A stretch of DNA of 64,000 bases, taken from Chrysomallon squamiferum. Taxonomy: Eukaryota; Animalia; Mollusca. This document shows, in pieces, positions 42,041 to 55,816 of this stretch. The notes beneath the pieces were generated by a model, which did not search any database, was not told the DNA's origin, and saw only the letters and a program-made list of their open reading frames with translations. The stretch spans positions 4,836,001 to 4,900,000 of the forward strand of contig CM022669.1 in assembly GCA_012295275.1 (NCBI GenBank), in the 5' to 3' direction. The first letter of the stretch is position 1. Each line of letters starts with the position of its first letter. The position numbers and the translations under genes are program-made.

Positions 42041-43017
42041 AAAAATTTGTTTTGGTTTGGTAATCAGACAGCTAATGATACAACATTATGTGCTTTATCT
42101 GTATGTTTTTGTTTTAGTGGAAGCACCAGTAGATGTATTTTTATATTCTTAAATTGCTTTTAGTCATTTAAACTTTAAAAATTATTTTCATCATGCAAAA
42201 AAAAAAAAAAAAATGAAAAAGATATTTACGCATATGATACAGATGTTAAAAAATAAAAAGGTCACTGCAGAATGTCATGTATTTTGTCTCTGTCCATTTC
42301 TCCAATGTCATTAATCAAATTTACAACATTCAGTCTGTTTTTAACACAAAGAGACAAATGGTACAGAAGTGGATAAATTGTTCATATTTAGCACCTGTGT
42401 TAAAACAAGCTGCATGTATTTCTGTGTCTGCAAGTCTGTTAAACTTGTTAGCCTCATCAATCAAAGACGACAAACAGCCAAACATTTTTAATAATCTTCT
42501 TCCATTTCCCAAAATAAGTGCATCCATATGTCTGTCTGTCTATCTGTCTATCTGATTTATCAAATATCCACTGAAGCTTACCATTTCCAGTAGCAAGAGT
42601 TAAAAACAATGTAACTGTCTGCAGTCATACATATTTTAAAATAACAGCACACACCTCATCTATTGTTTAGTTAGATCTCATTTTAGTCAAACTGATTTTC
42701 ACTTATTTATAAAGCATCTCATAAAACAGAGTCCATGTGATACTTCTGTCTTGAAAATACAGCATTTATTAAAATATGAAACAAAATTAGGTTTTGTGTC
42801 ACTGAATTTATATGTGAAAGTGATTCTAGAAAGATTCAAAGGCAGTCAGTTTGTATTGGAGTCTTAAAACATTCTGTGCACTGTAGTCATGATACATTCT
42901 GATTATGATTAAGATCATAATGGTTAAAATCTCTTTAACTATGTACAACACTTGAAAAGATTCACTTCATCAAACCCTCATTTCACCATATCCCCACTTC
43001 ACCAAACCCATGCTTTG

Positions 43018-43704
43018 ACCCCAACTTCACTACACCCTTACTTTCCCATACCCCAACTTTACTATACCCTTACTTTCCCATACCCCAACTTCACTATGCC
43101 CTTACTTTCCCATACCCCAACTTCACTATGCCCTTACTTTCCCATACCCCAACTTCACTATGCCCTTACTTTCCCATACCCCAGTTTCACTATGCTCTTA
43201 CTTTCCCATACCCCAACTTCACTATGCCCTTACTTTCCCATCCCATACCCCAACTTCACTATGCCCTTACTTTCCCATACCCCAACTTCACTATGCCCTT
43301 ACTTTCCCATACCCCAACTTCACTATGCCCTTACTTTCCCATACCCCAACTTCACTATACCCTTACTTTCCCATCCCATACCCCAACTTCACTATACCCT
43401 TACTTTCCCATACACCAACTTCACTATACCCTTACTTTCCCATCCCATACCCCAACTTCACTTACCCTTACTTTCCCATACCCCAACTTCACTATGCCCT
43501 TACTTTCCCATACCCCAACTTCACTATGCCCTTACTTTCCCATACCCCAACTTCACTATGCCCTTACTTTCCCATACCCCAACTTCACCATGCCCCTACT
43601 TTCCCATACCCCAACTTCACTATACCCTTACTTTTCCCATACCCCAACTTCACTATGCCCTTACTTTCCCATACCCCAACTTCACTATACCCTTACTTTC
43701 CCAT
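43018..43704. repeat. 32-bp-unit minisatellite (about 21 copies), G-rich on the minus strand
   Basis: Unit CCCAACTTCACTATGCCCTTACTTTCCCATAC; some units carry a 5-bp CCCAT insertion. It explains ORFs 42952, 43128 and 43160. Confidence 0.97.
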
Positions 43705-44071
43705 TTCCTACTACATCATATTGGTGCTTTCATCAAGTCTCATGAATTGTTCTTTTTGTCTCACGCCAATAACATTCCCAAATACAATTCTGCCATTTTT
43801 TACACAGGTATCAAGACCATTTACTAGTATTAACCTTTTGACTGCCAGTGTGGGTGTCATCATCTGATGGACGAAGTTTGAACTATGGCAATGATGCAGA
43901 CAGTATCCAGGCATTGTACTGGTCCAGTGAGATGTGACACAGTAAACCAGGGGGTACTGTCTAACTCAGTGTAGTGTGACAGCAAAAGAGGTCACTGTAG
44001 ATGCATGGGAGTGGGTAGTGCTTATCGAAAGATTAATGTTCAAAAGTCTAAAACTTCAAAATATAATATAA

Positions 44072-44112
<41 letters not shown>

Positions 44113-44727
44113 CTAGAAATAAAACAATAATAATAATAAAAAATCATTATAATAGAACAAAATGAAAGAAAAAGATTAATATAATTTAAACACAATATAA
44201 AAATAACATGTCTGTCTGTATGTATGTCCATTTTATAATCAGTTAAATATGATAATGACTGACGACTGAACTCACTTAACCCTTTCATGAAACGTTACTT
44301 CATCAATCAGTGAGTGTAAAACACAGCTGAACTCTGCTGGGTATCTGTGGTTCTGTGTGTCGAGGCAGTTTGTGTGTAGGTCTGTGCGTCTGTCTGAGTG
44401 TGGGTGTAGATTATGTCCTTGCACCAGAGTATCTCATCTATCAAATCCAATTGGCCTTTCTCAATCTGCCCGGTGTGCCGATGTTAAACAGTTTAGTACA
44501 TGATGGATGAACAGTCAACACGAAATCCTGGATAATGGGAACATGCCATCCTCACATGTCCTCAAGATATACTTTGTATCTGATGTGTTGTGTACATCAG
44601 CAAAAAACATACACTCATTGTTATGTAATTTGATGATATTTTGGGATGTGTGTGTTTGTGTGTTTGTGTCCCTGTGTGTGTGTGTGTGTGTCTCTGTATG
44701 TGTGTGTGGCTGTGTGTGGCTGTGTGT

Positions 44728-44775
<48 letters not shown>

Positions 44776-45739
44776 ATGTGTACTAGAAAAAATATGGCAT
44801 CCTAATATGTCATAAAGATATACTGTTCTGTTTGATGTTAAGTTACACTGCGAACACATATTATACCTGAAACAAATACCAGTATGGTAACTCTGATGAT
44901 AATTTATATTTATATAAAAATATGATATTGCAATATATCTTGAAGATATACATATATTACACAAAAATAAAATATAATTATTATAATGTGTCCTGATGAT
45001 ATATTAAGATGATATGTTTAGAAATAATACTTTATACATGTATAAAAACAAATGTAGTAAGAGATAAATATTTATGGATAATTTGGATGCTGTAAGTTAT
45101 TTCACAGATTCAACTTGCCATCCAAATATATCTAGAAGATAAAATATTATTTCATTTGATAATTTGCATGGGATGCATATGAAATAATAACTATGACATT
45201 TTTATGACTTGGTTATATAAGTTAAAAATGCGTACAGTTTTACATGAAGGAATAAAAATCATTGTAACATGTCTTCAGCTAATACATCAAGCCATCCTAA
45301 TGTGTGTTCAGTTTATAACTTGTACAAACAAAAGGATAAAAGTGTTATCCTAATATTAAGTGTGTAAAAGATATATGACAATGTTTGTTGGTAATTTGCA
45401 CTGTGTCATCATAGAAAGACTATAGAATATACAGGATATTATACTGATACTTTATCATATGAAAAAGTACCAATCATAATATTCAGATGAAATGAGATGC
45501 AATCCTAATTCTTCTACAGAAAAAAATATTTTTTATAACTTGTTACACATGGGTGAGTATCATACCATGTTATGTCTACAAAAGATTTATAGGTTTGTTG
45601 ACAATCTGTATAATGTACGTGACATCCTTCATAGAATACAGTATGTACAAATATATGTACAAAATGTTGTGTGTATATTTGTCTGTCTGTCTCTCACAAT
45701 TTTATTTACAAGATATTTCTTAATATTCATTCTAGTTGC

Positions 45740-45776
<37 letters not shown>

Positions 45777-46241
45777 TCACACACAATCACACACACACAC
45801 ACACCATTCACACACACACCATTCACACACACACACACACCATTCACACACACACCATTCACACACACACACACACACACACACCATTCACACATTCACA
45901 CACATATATACATACACCTTCTTTTTCATAATTCCAAAAAAATTCACTTTTCTTTAATAATTTATATTCTACATCCATTCTGTTTGTATGATTGTCTGTT
46001 AAGTAATACTCATCATATAACACATTTAATAAATAATCAACAAACTCTGAACATATGGGAAAAAGCTCTGATATTTCTAACTGATGTCCACAAGGCATAT
46101 CTACCTATCTATCTATATATCTATATAAATACACATAAACATAACTATGCAATATTACAAAGTAAAATGTGCCAGAATAATTAATATTTCTCAATAAACC
46201 TATCGTAGACAGAAAGAAAATATATATTTTTTTTTATTGCT

Positions 46242-46308
<67 letters not shown>

Positions 46309-46377
46309 AGATATACCACAGACCACTTTTATCTGGCTTCCAGACAATTAGAATTAACCCAGTAAAAAATACATACA

Positions 46378-46443
<66 letters not shown>

Positions 46444-46857
46444 CGTGTATATCATACGTATTATGTATGTGTGTGTAAGTATGTATGTTTGTATACATGT
46501 ACGTACATACAAGAATGTATGTACATATGTGACAAACTATATCATTTTTATCACATTCCAACTTCCAAGTCATTTTTTGCTCCCCAATTATAGGACATAA
46601 TAAAGAAACTCTTTTAAATAATGCTGTATTTTTTCAGTACTTTTTTTTTCTTTTTTTTTAAATATCTGGAATGTATGCCAGTATATCAATAAATGTATGA
46701 ATAATCCTAAAACTAAACTGCAGCCATTAAATATTAACGTTATCAGATATCAGGTGACAAATGTGATTTTATGAGCAGTTTTATTTCTTTCTTTTTTCTA
46801 TGTTTGAGAAAACAAAACTACAGCAGACATTCTTGGATTACTTACTCATCAAACTAA

Positions 46858-46873
46858 CATACATACATACACA

Positions 46874-46949
<76 letters not shown>

Positions 46950-46952
46950 TAC

Positions 46953-47024
<72 letters not shown>

Positions 47025-47063
47025 ACATACAAACAACACACACATACACACATACATAAACAC

Positions 47064-47109
<46 letters not shown>

Positions 47110-47300
47110 ATACATACATAACATACACAAATACACACACACACATACACACAACACACAGTTACAGTCATTACTTAAACACATTTTTATACATACACAC
47201 ACACAACATAAACACACATATATACATACATAAATAATTTTATAATAAAACACAACACACACAAAACAAATAATACATACATACATATACATACATACAC
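46858..47300. repeat. Compound (CA)n/(CATA)n microsatellite
   Basis: Direct reading. Confidence 0.95.
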
Positions 47301-47454
47301 ATTCTAGTCACACATTTATCACATACATCACAAACATACAAATATACATATAATCATTTATATTTTATAATTTGTTTAACTATTCTACATATTACATACA
47401 AACACATATATATTTATAATCTTTTTTTTTTTTTCTAATTTCATTAACTATTTT

Positions 47455-47605
47455 TTTTTTTTTCTTTATATGTATTTGTCTATGCTTTTTTCTTTTTTTT
47501 CTTTATGTGTATTTGTCTATGCTTTTTTCTTTTTTTTCTTTATATGTATTTGTCTATGCTTTTTTCTCTTTTTTCTGTATGTGTGTTTGTCTATGCTTTT
47601 TCCTT
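47455..47605. repeat. ~36-40-bp T-rich tandem repeat (4 copies)
   Basis: TGTRTTTGTCTATGCTTTTT recurs four times. Confidence 0.85.
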
Positions 47606-48210
47606 TTTTGTCTTTTTGCACTCCCTATTTCTCTCTTTGTTTTCATTTTTATTATTATGCCATTTTGGTAACATGAATTTTCTTACTAGCTAATGAAACA
47701 TCTCAGACTGTAATAACCAGTGTGACTGCACAGCCAAGGAATGTGTTGTTTAGCAAGTGAAACCCAAGCAGTCTGTCACAGGTGGGTACTAATATATCGG
47801 TGATGTGCTTCTTGTGACATATTGAAAATATGTATCAGCTGATCTCACCTTGTTTCTGTACGTACTGAACTTCTGCTTCGTTTAGTACTTGGTGAACTAA
47901 TATAAAATTTGTCGTATGATATATATTTAAAAAAAAATATTTACTGTTTGACATAAACATGTAAAGAGTAATGGGGTTACTTTGTGGAAGAAATAGAGAA
48001 AGGTGTAAAAATTTATATTTTATAAACATATTAGTGATATTGCAGTATGTATATATAGATGTATCTAAACATATACACATATACATATATATTTATACAG
48101 ATATATATACATACAACACATATGTATTTAGATACTAACATATACAAACCATAAATACACACACGTACACTTACATATACAATATATGTACATTTAAAAA
48201 TATACATACA

Positions 48211-48248
<38 letters not shown>

Positions 48249-49697
48249 ATACAGGCTATATGATTATTACTAATACTGTAAGTATGCAAATATGGGTGTT
48301 GTGTTTGCTAATTTAAAAAAGTAATAAAAATTCTGTAACAGAACAGTACATAATCTAACATTTTCCTTTCTCATATTTTAATATCTCTGTCAAAATATCT
48401 TTGAGAAGGAACAGACAAAGGTTTTAGATACCTGAATAGACAGTTAAATTACATAAAGATGACAGAATGATGTTATGCACACAACAACAAACATAAAGAC
48501 ATTGTACCAAATCATGATCTTTCAGTGTTTATATGTATGAATGTATGTATATTTGTATGTATGTATTTATGTATGGATGTACATATGTATGTGGTATTTA
48601 GGAAAGAATATTCTGTGGTCTTATACTCATCTGATTAGACTCTAAATAGACAAAATTTGGGAACATACTGGCACAGAAGGACAAAGTCCAGTAATGACCT
48701 CCCTAGTAGCAGACGTCACTGCTGAGACTTGTTTGTATGGCAACCTTTTGCTTATACTTCAGAGGTGGCTGATGATACTGCTTACCACCAAGACAACCTT
48801 GTATGTATGTATGTGTGCATATATATATATATATATATTTTTTACAATACACCAAAGTGATATCAAAATAATGTTGATGGTAATAATAATTAAAAAATTA
48901 TGTACTTATTATATTAAGCACTGTTAAACAGATTTAACTTTAAAATTGAATAATTTGAGCCAAAAGCAACATCATTCATTGACTGCAGTCTTACCCAATA
49001 TTTAATGCCTGTAATTTTTTTAAATTGGCAAACTAAACTAAATTATTGATGAACATGGCCCTAACTTTTATTAAAAAAAAAGAATTAAGTATGACAACAA
49101 AGTATTATAAATTAATATATCTTTTTAGAAAACATATATTGCTTATAATTCTTAGATAATTCACGAAATGATAATAATAATTTTCACATGATTACAATAA
49201 TTTCTGTTACACTGATGTGAAATATGAAGTAGTGTTTTATTAGGGCAGTATTATATTGCTAAGTGATATGAGTATGTTTATATATGAAATTGGTAATATT
49301 TGCCTACTGCTAGAAAATTATATTTGATCAAATTAGATGAAAATGAGACTGTGTTTACTATTAATTTTACATACAGAATATATAATTTGACATGATATTT
49401 CAATCATTCTGTATAAAAAGTTGTCTGCAGAAATAAATCTGTAATTTTTATCTGATACACAAGTACATTTTTTGGAAGAGACAATAACAGCTTAAAAAAT
49501 TGACACCCAAAGAAGGCCTCACAATCGCATAGCCAACCCGGTTCTCATGGTTACTGTACGCCACTGATAGTTGTATGTCGGTGATAAAGTAAAAAAGTAA
49601 CACCCTGTGGAATAAAAACTGTTGTTTACCCCGTGCGGTAACGCTGATATTATAAGCGTGGTATAAAATAGTATTTTTAGAAAAATGAGTAACTTAC

Positions 49698-49727
49698 CAT
49701 CCGTCCCCGCTAGTCGAGCCCTTTTCA
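49698..49727 (-). CDS. unc-13: unc-13 coding exon 2 (30-nt micro-exon: (V)KRARLAGTD)
   Basis: ttttttcag|TGAAAAGGGCTCGACTAGCGGGGACGGATG|gtaagt. Phase 1-1; aligns to Munc13-1 VKKAKFDGAQE. Confidence 0.92.
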
Positions 49728-50019
49728 CTGAAAAAAATAAAAATAAAATATTAGCCAATTCACAGTCAAATCATTTTATCCACGAAATGCACGAAATGCA
49801 CTGAATAATCACACCATTTCTTCCTCCTGGGGGAAAAAAAAAATATTATATATATTTTTTATATTAACAAAATATTCTTTTTTGAAAAATCCAAATGACA
49901 ATATTTTTTTTTGACAGATTACTATTCGTGTGTGCATCCGAAAAAGGAAAGAAGAAAAAAAAATAAAATAATAATAATTATCGCTTGTCAAAAAATTCAC
50001 ACGCGAATTTACTACATAC

Positions 50020-50041
50020 CACAAACACATAAAAGGGACAT
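50020..50041 (-). CDS. unc-13: unc-13 coding exon 1 (22 nt: MSLLCVC + G)
   Basis: Minus strand ATG TCC CTT TTA TGT GTT TGT G|gtatgt. Matches the Munc13-1 N-terminus MSLLCVGV; phase-1 donor; lies in the CpG-rich zone. Confidence 0.92.
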
Positions 50042-50045
50042 CGTA

Positions 50046-50087
50046 TCAAGGTATCCGTATTAGAGGTAGACGTTTATATCTGATCAT
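50046..50087 (-). other. uORF2 (13 codons, MIRYKRLPLIRIP*)
   Basis: Its ATG overlaps the uORF1 stop (ATGA), and its TGA ends 4 nt before the main ATG. Confidence 0.5.
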
Positions 50088-50176
50088 GTCCGACAATGTA
50101 TTTGACAGCAGAAGAGCGAGGTAAAACACTCGATGCAGGCAGTAAATCCATCCAGGGCTATAACATTGGCGGCCAT
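50084..50176 (-). other. uORF1 (30 codons, MAANVIALDGFTACIECFTSLFCCQIHCRT*)
   Basis: ATG in strong context (AACATGG) at 50176 and TGA at 50086-50084. It is a true uORF only if the TSS lies upstream of 50176. Confidence 0.45.
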
Positions 50177-50635
50177 GTTTTGTCGTGACGTCTTCTCCGC
50201 TAATCATAATACTCCGTTAATATTCATCATGCCGCGGTTTCATCAATGAAGAGCAACCGTCCCGACTACAAATCGATCGGGCGGGAGCGTTCCATGCACT
50301 GTTAACGCCACCCTCTGTAAACTGGCGTAGAAACGTTTAAATGAAACTGTCGTCTTTTCGATGATAATAATAATAATAATAAATAAGAGTAAAAAAAATT
50401 AAATTAAAACAATTTTTTTGTTTTTGCTTTTTAAAATATTTTTGTTGATTTCGTGTAATTGTGATATCGCTGTGATTCTGTGACTGTGTGTGTGTGTGTG
50501 TGTGTGCGTTACCATGTACTTGTGTTTGTAGTTTATGTATAAAAAGCTCACAAACATACATATTTATTTATTATCTTTTAATTTATTTTGTTTGCTTGAT
50601 GGGTTCGTTGATTTGTTGGTGGTTCTAGGTTATTG

Positions 50636-50717
50636 CTTGTTTGATTGGAACGTTGTTTATATTTTTTTCTACTTACTTGTTTGATTGGAACGTTGTTTAT
50701 AATTTTTTTCTACTTAC
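50636..50717. repeat. 40-bp tandem duplication upstream of the promoter, each copy with a CCAAT box on the gene strand
   Basis: CTTGTTTGATTGGAACGTTGTTTATA(A)TTTTTTTCTACTTA x2. Confidence 0.85.
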
Positions 50718-51938
50718 ACCGATTTAAAGAATTGCTAGGGTCATTTCTCTTCGACATTTTATCATGGTATTTGAACTCTTGTCGGTAGGAAATTTATAAC
50801 AAAAGTTGTAGGACACACACACACACACACTCGCGCGTATATATAAAATAACGTGTTTAACAGTTTTTAACGACTATGGTTTTCCAGGTCAGTGAATCAC
50901 TATGGAAATAGTTTTTGAATTCACACTTTGAGTCTTATTCTGTAACTGCAATTCACTCGTTTTTTAACAACTACACCATTTAAACGTCCAACGTTAGCAT
51001 AGTTAGCATAGTTTTAAAATCATGTTCAGAATTATATAATTATAATTTTTTTTTTTTTTTAAAGACCTTTAACAACTTTTTACAGTTCAATGACCTTTCT
51101 GTGGAAGATGGTAATTAATAAACAAATTTTCAAAGTTCAAATCCGACGTTGTAATCTAAAGATGGTAATTTATAAAGTTAATTGTTAGCAAAGATTCAGG
51201 TCCATTTTATTTCTAATCTAAATTAGTCTTAAAGATGTTTGACAAAATTGTTAACTTAATAATAATAATTTCGAATGTTCATTTAATGATACGATTTAAC
51301 TTTGAATAATAAGAAGAAGAAGAAGAAGAAGAAGAAGAAAACAAACAACAACAACAAAAGAAAAGAAGACAGAAGAAGAATTTTTCCATTATCAGATTTA
51401 CATGAAGATTTTTCCATTTCAGAGTGTAAAAACTCATAAATTACGTAACCACTGAAGTTCTGACATGAAAACATGTTACATAAAATACTTGAACGCGTTT
51501 AACAAAGGTCCTAGACTCGTTTTACTTAGGCTAATTTCAGTTATTTAAGTCGTTCACTAACAAACCCTTCATTAAACAGATCACTGAACCTCTCATCAAA
51601 CCTTCCTTTGTGAGTTTTTACCTACAACACAAATTTTAAATCCTTTTTTTTTTTTTTTTTTTTTTTTCCTCTTTTTTTTTCCACGATCGTACATAGTTAA
51701 AATAATCTGTTATTAATGCAACTGGTTACGTAACCACATTGTTACCACAACAATAAACTAAACCGTATCAAGTGACAAAAAAACCTGTTCTTCAGCATCG
51801 TGACAAGTAAAATTTACTAAAAATACACTGAGCATTTGCAGCGTATTAGTTAACAAACGACTGTGACGTACTAAAAATAGCTTACATCAGGAATAGAAAT
51901 CAATGTTAAATCCATAAATCCTGATGATGATGATGATG

Positions 51939-51971
<33 letters not shown>

Positions 51972-54959
51972 TTATATTACTCATATTATAAATAATTTTA
52001 ATTTAATTTTTAAATCTTCAGTTACAAATCAGAATTACCATCTGAAATCGTCTCTGTTAAAAGGTAAATTTATATCGGATGCTTTTAATATGCGTGTCGT
52101 GTGCATTATATTTGTGCGTAAATATCTGCGTTGGGAAATAATTATGTATCATTGTGACTGATAGACAAACGCACACGCACACACGTGGACTCTGAAAAAC
52201 GACTGTGTTCTTCTCATTATTAATATAATCGGGATTACCAAAGAATGTGGTATGTACTATCCTAGCATTAACCATTGTTTTGGGCTTATCTGGTCTGTAT
52301 GCGTTCACTGGTTTTATTAAGGTCTTTAACTGAAGGGCTAATTTTGTTTTTATTTTGTTTTGTTTATTTGTTTGTTTTTCTTTCTTTCTTCATTTCGATT
52401 TTATTTTTCTGTAGCAAACGCATATAAAAAATCCTTTACTGTTACATTGATAAAAAAAAAAAAAAAACCCCCACACACATATAAATTAAATAATAAACAA
52501 ACAAAATAATAAGACACTACAGCAGCATTTTTTTCTTCTTTTTCTATTATTATCGGCATGTTCCTTTGGCAAACGTCCTTGACCTCTTAAAGTGGCAGAC
52601 TTAAAAAAAAACAATCTCTTTGATGTTTTATAAAATATTTCTTCCCTCCTTTCTGTATCGGCATTTACATCTGTGTCTGTGATGACAATCCGATATTTCA
52701 AACAGAAGAGATGAGAAGCCGCCCTCTTTTTATTATTTTTCTGTGACGTCTACAGATGTTAGCAACAGAAAGGTAATGACATTTAGAGTTTTTTCCATGC
52801 ACGTGATGGACAGTTGCTTTCAAGATTTATAGTTTATTAGTGTGTGATTGCAACCCACCCCTCCCACTGTTTGATAGGATACCCAATATTGTGACCCACG
52901 ATCTCCACCTACGTTTTCAGATGTTAAAATTATTTCAGAGAACATGACCGTGTGTGTTGGAACCTAGCAACCGTGTGCACGAGTTGATTACTGTTATAAA
53001 TATTTTGATCATATCTCTCGTCATCAATGAGTGGTTGATTATTTTAAAACAGACCAAAGTCGTTTAATTTGTGTGTGTATTTTAATGTGTATGAACATAT
53101 ATATTATTAGCGTTTACATTCAGAGTATCGTGTGAATTAATCTTGAAGTGGTTTCGTATATATATATATTATATGTGCGTTTTGTTTTCTTCACAAATAT
53201 ACGACTATTCACGTTATCACCAACACACAATCAAACAAACACGGACACACAGACAGAGAAGCACATTCTTAGAAATTAATTAACTTCATCCTGTTCTTCA
53301 ACCAAATGCACTAATTTTGGTAGTAATAGTAATACTGGCAACGCTGTTGATAGTGGTATTAGCGGTAGTGATAGAAATAGTAGCAATAGTAGCAGTAGTA
53401 AAACTAGATAGGAGTGGTATGGTAGTAACTGTCATAGCAGTTGTAGTAGTAGCAGCAGCAATTTTTGCGAATAAGCGTGGATAATATTAATAACTTTTAA
53501 CAAAGATGACGAAGACATCACAGAACAAGAAAACGAAGTTAATGATGACGCCGACGATGACGATGATGATGATGATAATGATTATGATAATGTTAACGAT
53601 GAAATTAACCACAACTAAAAAGATTAACATATGTAATGATATGGTGAACCAAACAGAATCGATTTCCCATTCTTAAAACCAGTACTCTCCTACAGAGTTA
53701 TTTCCCCACTTTTCTTTTGTAAGCAGGCATCAGCAAGATGCATCAAGTCTGTTACTGGCGTCATAAAAAAGAGACAAGAGGGCGCCACCGGCTACAGATC
53801 GGTGACAGATATATCGGTCTGATACTGAAATGTCATAACATTTCCTCGGGGAACTCTTATCAACGATTTCTGATAAATAACTGTGCGATGTCTCAGACAA
53901 ATCTTTACAGGATTCACTTGATTTTCTCTGTGAGTGTAAGTGCGTGCGTGTGCGTATGTGTGTGTATGAGTGAGTGTGTATGAGAGAGTGTGTGGGGGTG
54001 ATGGGGGTTGCGAGAGAGAGAAAAGAAGAGAGTGATAGACACAGACTGAAAGAAGGTCAGAGACATATTTAAAGGATTCAATTGATTTTCTGTCACTGTG
54101 TGAGACACAGAGAAGGACAATATATATTCACACATACACGCATATATTTTTTGTGTGTGTGTGTAAGAGAGAGAGAGGTAACAAATATATCTTTCTAGGA
54201 TTAAGCTGATTTTCTATTTTTCTGTGTGTATTGTTTGAGGGTGTGCGTGAGAGAGAGAGAGAGACAATTCATAACTAAATAATATACACTTATATATATA
54301 TTTGTGTGTATGTATGTATGTATGTGTAGAGAGAGAGAAGCAGAAACAGGTAGATAGATAAACAGATAAATGTGTTCATATGTTGACAGTCTTCTACTTC
54401 CTTTTCTTTTATTCTAATTATCAGTTCGATTTTTCAGTTTATGCTTGACAAAAGTTAAATAGTCTGGAACTGATTTGTAACAGATATGTTTTCTCTACAG
54501 TACTCTTCAATTTGGGTTGTTCAGTGTTTTTGAAAAAATGCACGAAAGAGTCAAGGCAATGCTTTTACATGCTTCCCACTGATTATACATGTGGCGACTT
54601 TATTCACTTTTTTCTCTGTACCCATCCTTTTATTCATTCATATATATCCATCTGTCTATCCACCAATCTCTCTGTCTATTTATTTATTTATTTAATTATT
54701 TATATATTTACATATCTGTTTAACTGCCTAACCTACTTATATGTTGGTCTGTCAGTACTTCCTTTCGTATTTCTGTCTATCTGATTGACTATCTGACTGT
54801 CAGTCTGTTAGTTCTGAATACGAACTAGTATGAGTATACGATCTCTAGAAAGTACCAGTTTCAGGGCATGTTATTTAAACTCATTAGAGGGCCATGTACA
54901 AAATACCTGTCAGTATCATGGAATCTTTTATTTTTTTCTGAGATGTCTCATACACAAAC

Positions 54960-55120
54960 AAAGTGCATGTTGTTACCATCTGCAAGTTATTCACTGGACA
55001 CAGAACAGTGAGTGTACATTCTTCCTGTGTGGGTGGTACATATGGCCTCGCTCACAGGACTGTTACTATCTCACTCTACCTGATCAATGGTTGCTGTTCA
55101 ATGGTTGGCATGAGTGACCC
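54960..55120 (+). pseudogene. Possible decayed EGF-like (MEGF10/SCARF-type) coding fragment
   Basis: Switching between frames gives ...EC..SCVGGTYGL/SQDC...INGCC/FNGWH, resembling the C-x-x-G-x-YG-x-x-C-x-x-x-C...G-x-C...GW pattern. Frameshifts are required. Confidence 0.25.
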
Positions 55121-55780
55121 AGATTTCGTAATAGGATTATTGACACTGTGGACACCAAGCACTTTTTCTGTGTTAACACTTTGACTCACCCTGTTAGAAC
55201 ATTACACACGTAATTACGTATGATGATATTGAATGTATTTAGGGAATTTTCTTCTCTCTTTTATTAGCTACTACATAGTCATTAGTTTTGAATCCGGGAG
55301 AGAGATGTTTACACTTCTCTGTACCTGTCTAAAGGTATAATACCGTGTTTGCAAGGCTATATGTTACTACCCATTGTATTAAATACTACAGCATTCTGAA
55401 TAATGCTTCAAACAGGCTTTTTAAAGAACAAATCTGGCAGTTCTAAGTAATATAGTATAAGAATATGGATTTTTCTCTAATAAATATGCCAATTCAGATC
55501 TCGGTTAGAAATACGCTCTTGGGATGTTGTTAATTAATGGAGTCATGCACTGGGATAGGCCTGTGTATACATTGTGTCTGACAGTAACTGAATTCTGTTT
55601 CTTTTTAGTAATACACAAACACACGGATTTAATCATTCTGAAATTCTTGAGGTTTTCTATGTCTTAGTTCCATACCTTTATTTGAAAATGTTTTTCTTGT
55701 TTGTGTTATTATTATTTATTTTATTTTGTTACTTTTTATAAATTATTATTATTAATTTTTTTTTTTGAAATTCTATTATA

Positions 55781-55816
<36 letters not shown>

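Larger units (their letters stand above)
50042..50340 (-). promoter_or_regulatory. unc-13 5'UTR / core promoter region, CpG-rich
   Basis: Dense CpGs directly upstream of the ATG. YY1-like AAAACATGGCCGCC (about 50168-50181, minus strand), CRE-like TGACGTC at 50186 and GC box GGGCGGG at about 50279. The exact TSS cannot be determined. Confidence 0.7.

Noticed and set aside
42952-43867. Three overlapping Pro-rich ORFs of 205-291 aa
   Set aside because: Artefact of a stop-free 32-bp tandem repeat, antisense within an intron.
50042-50176. uORF1 as an in-frame N-terminal extension of unc-13 via readthrough or editing
   Set aside because: It is in frame with the main ATG (135 nt upstream), but two stops (TGA then TAA) intervene.
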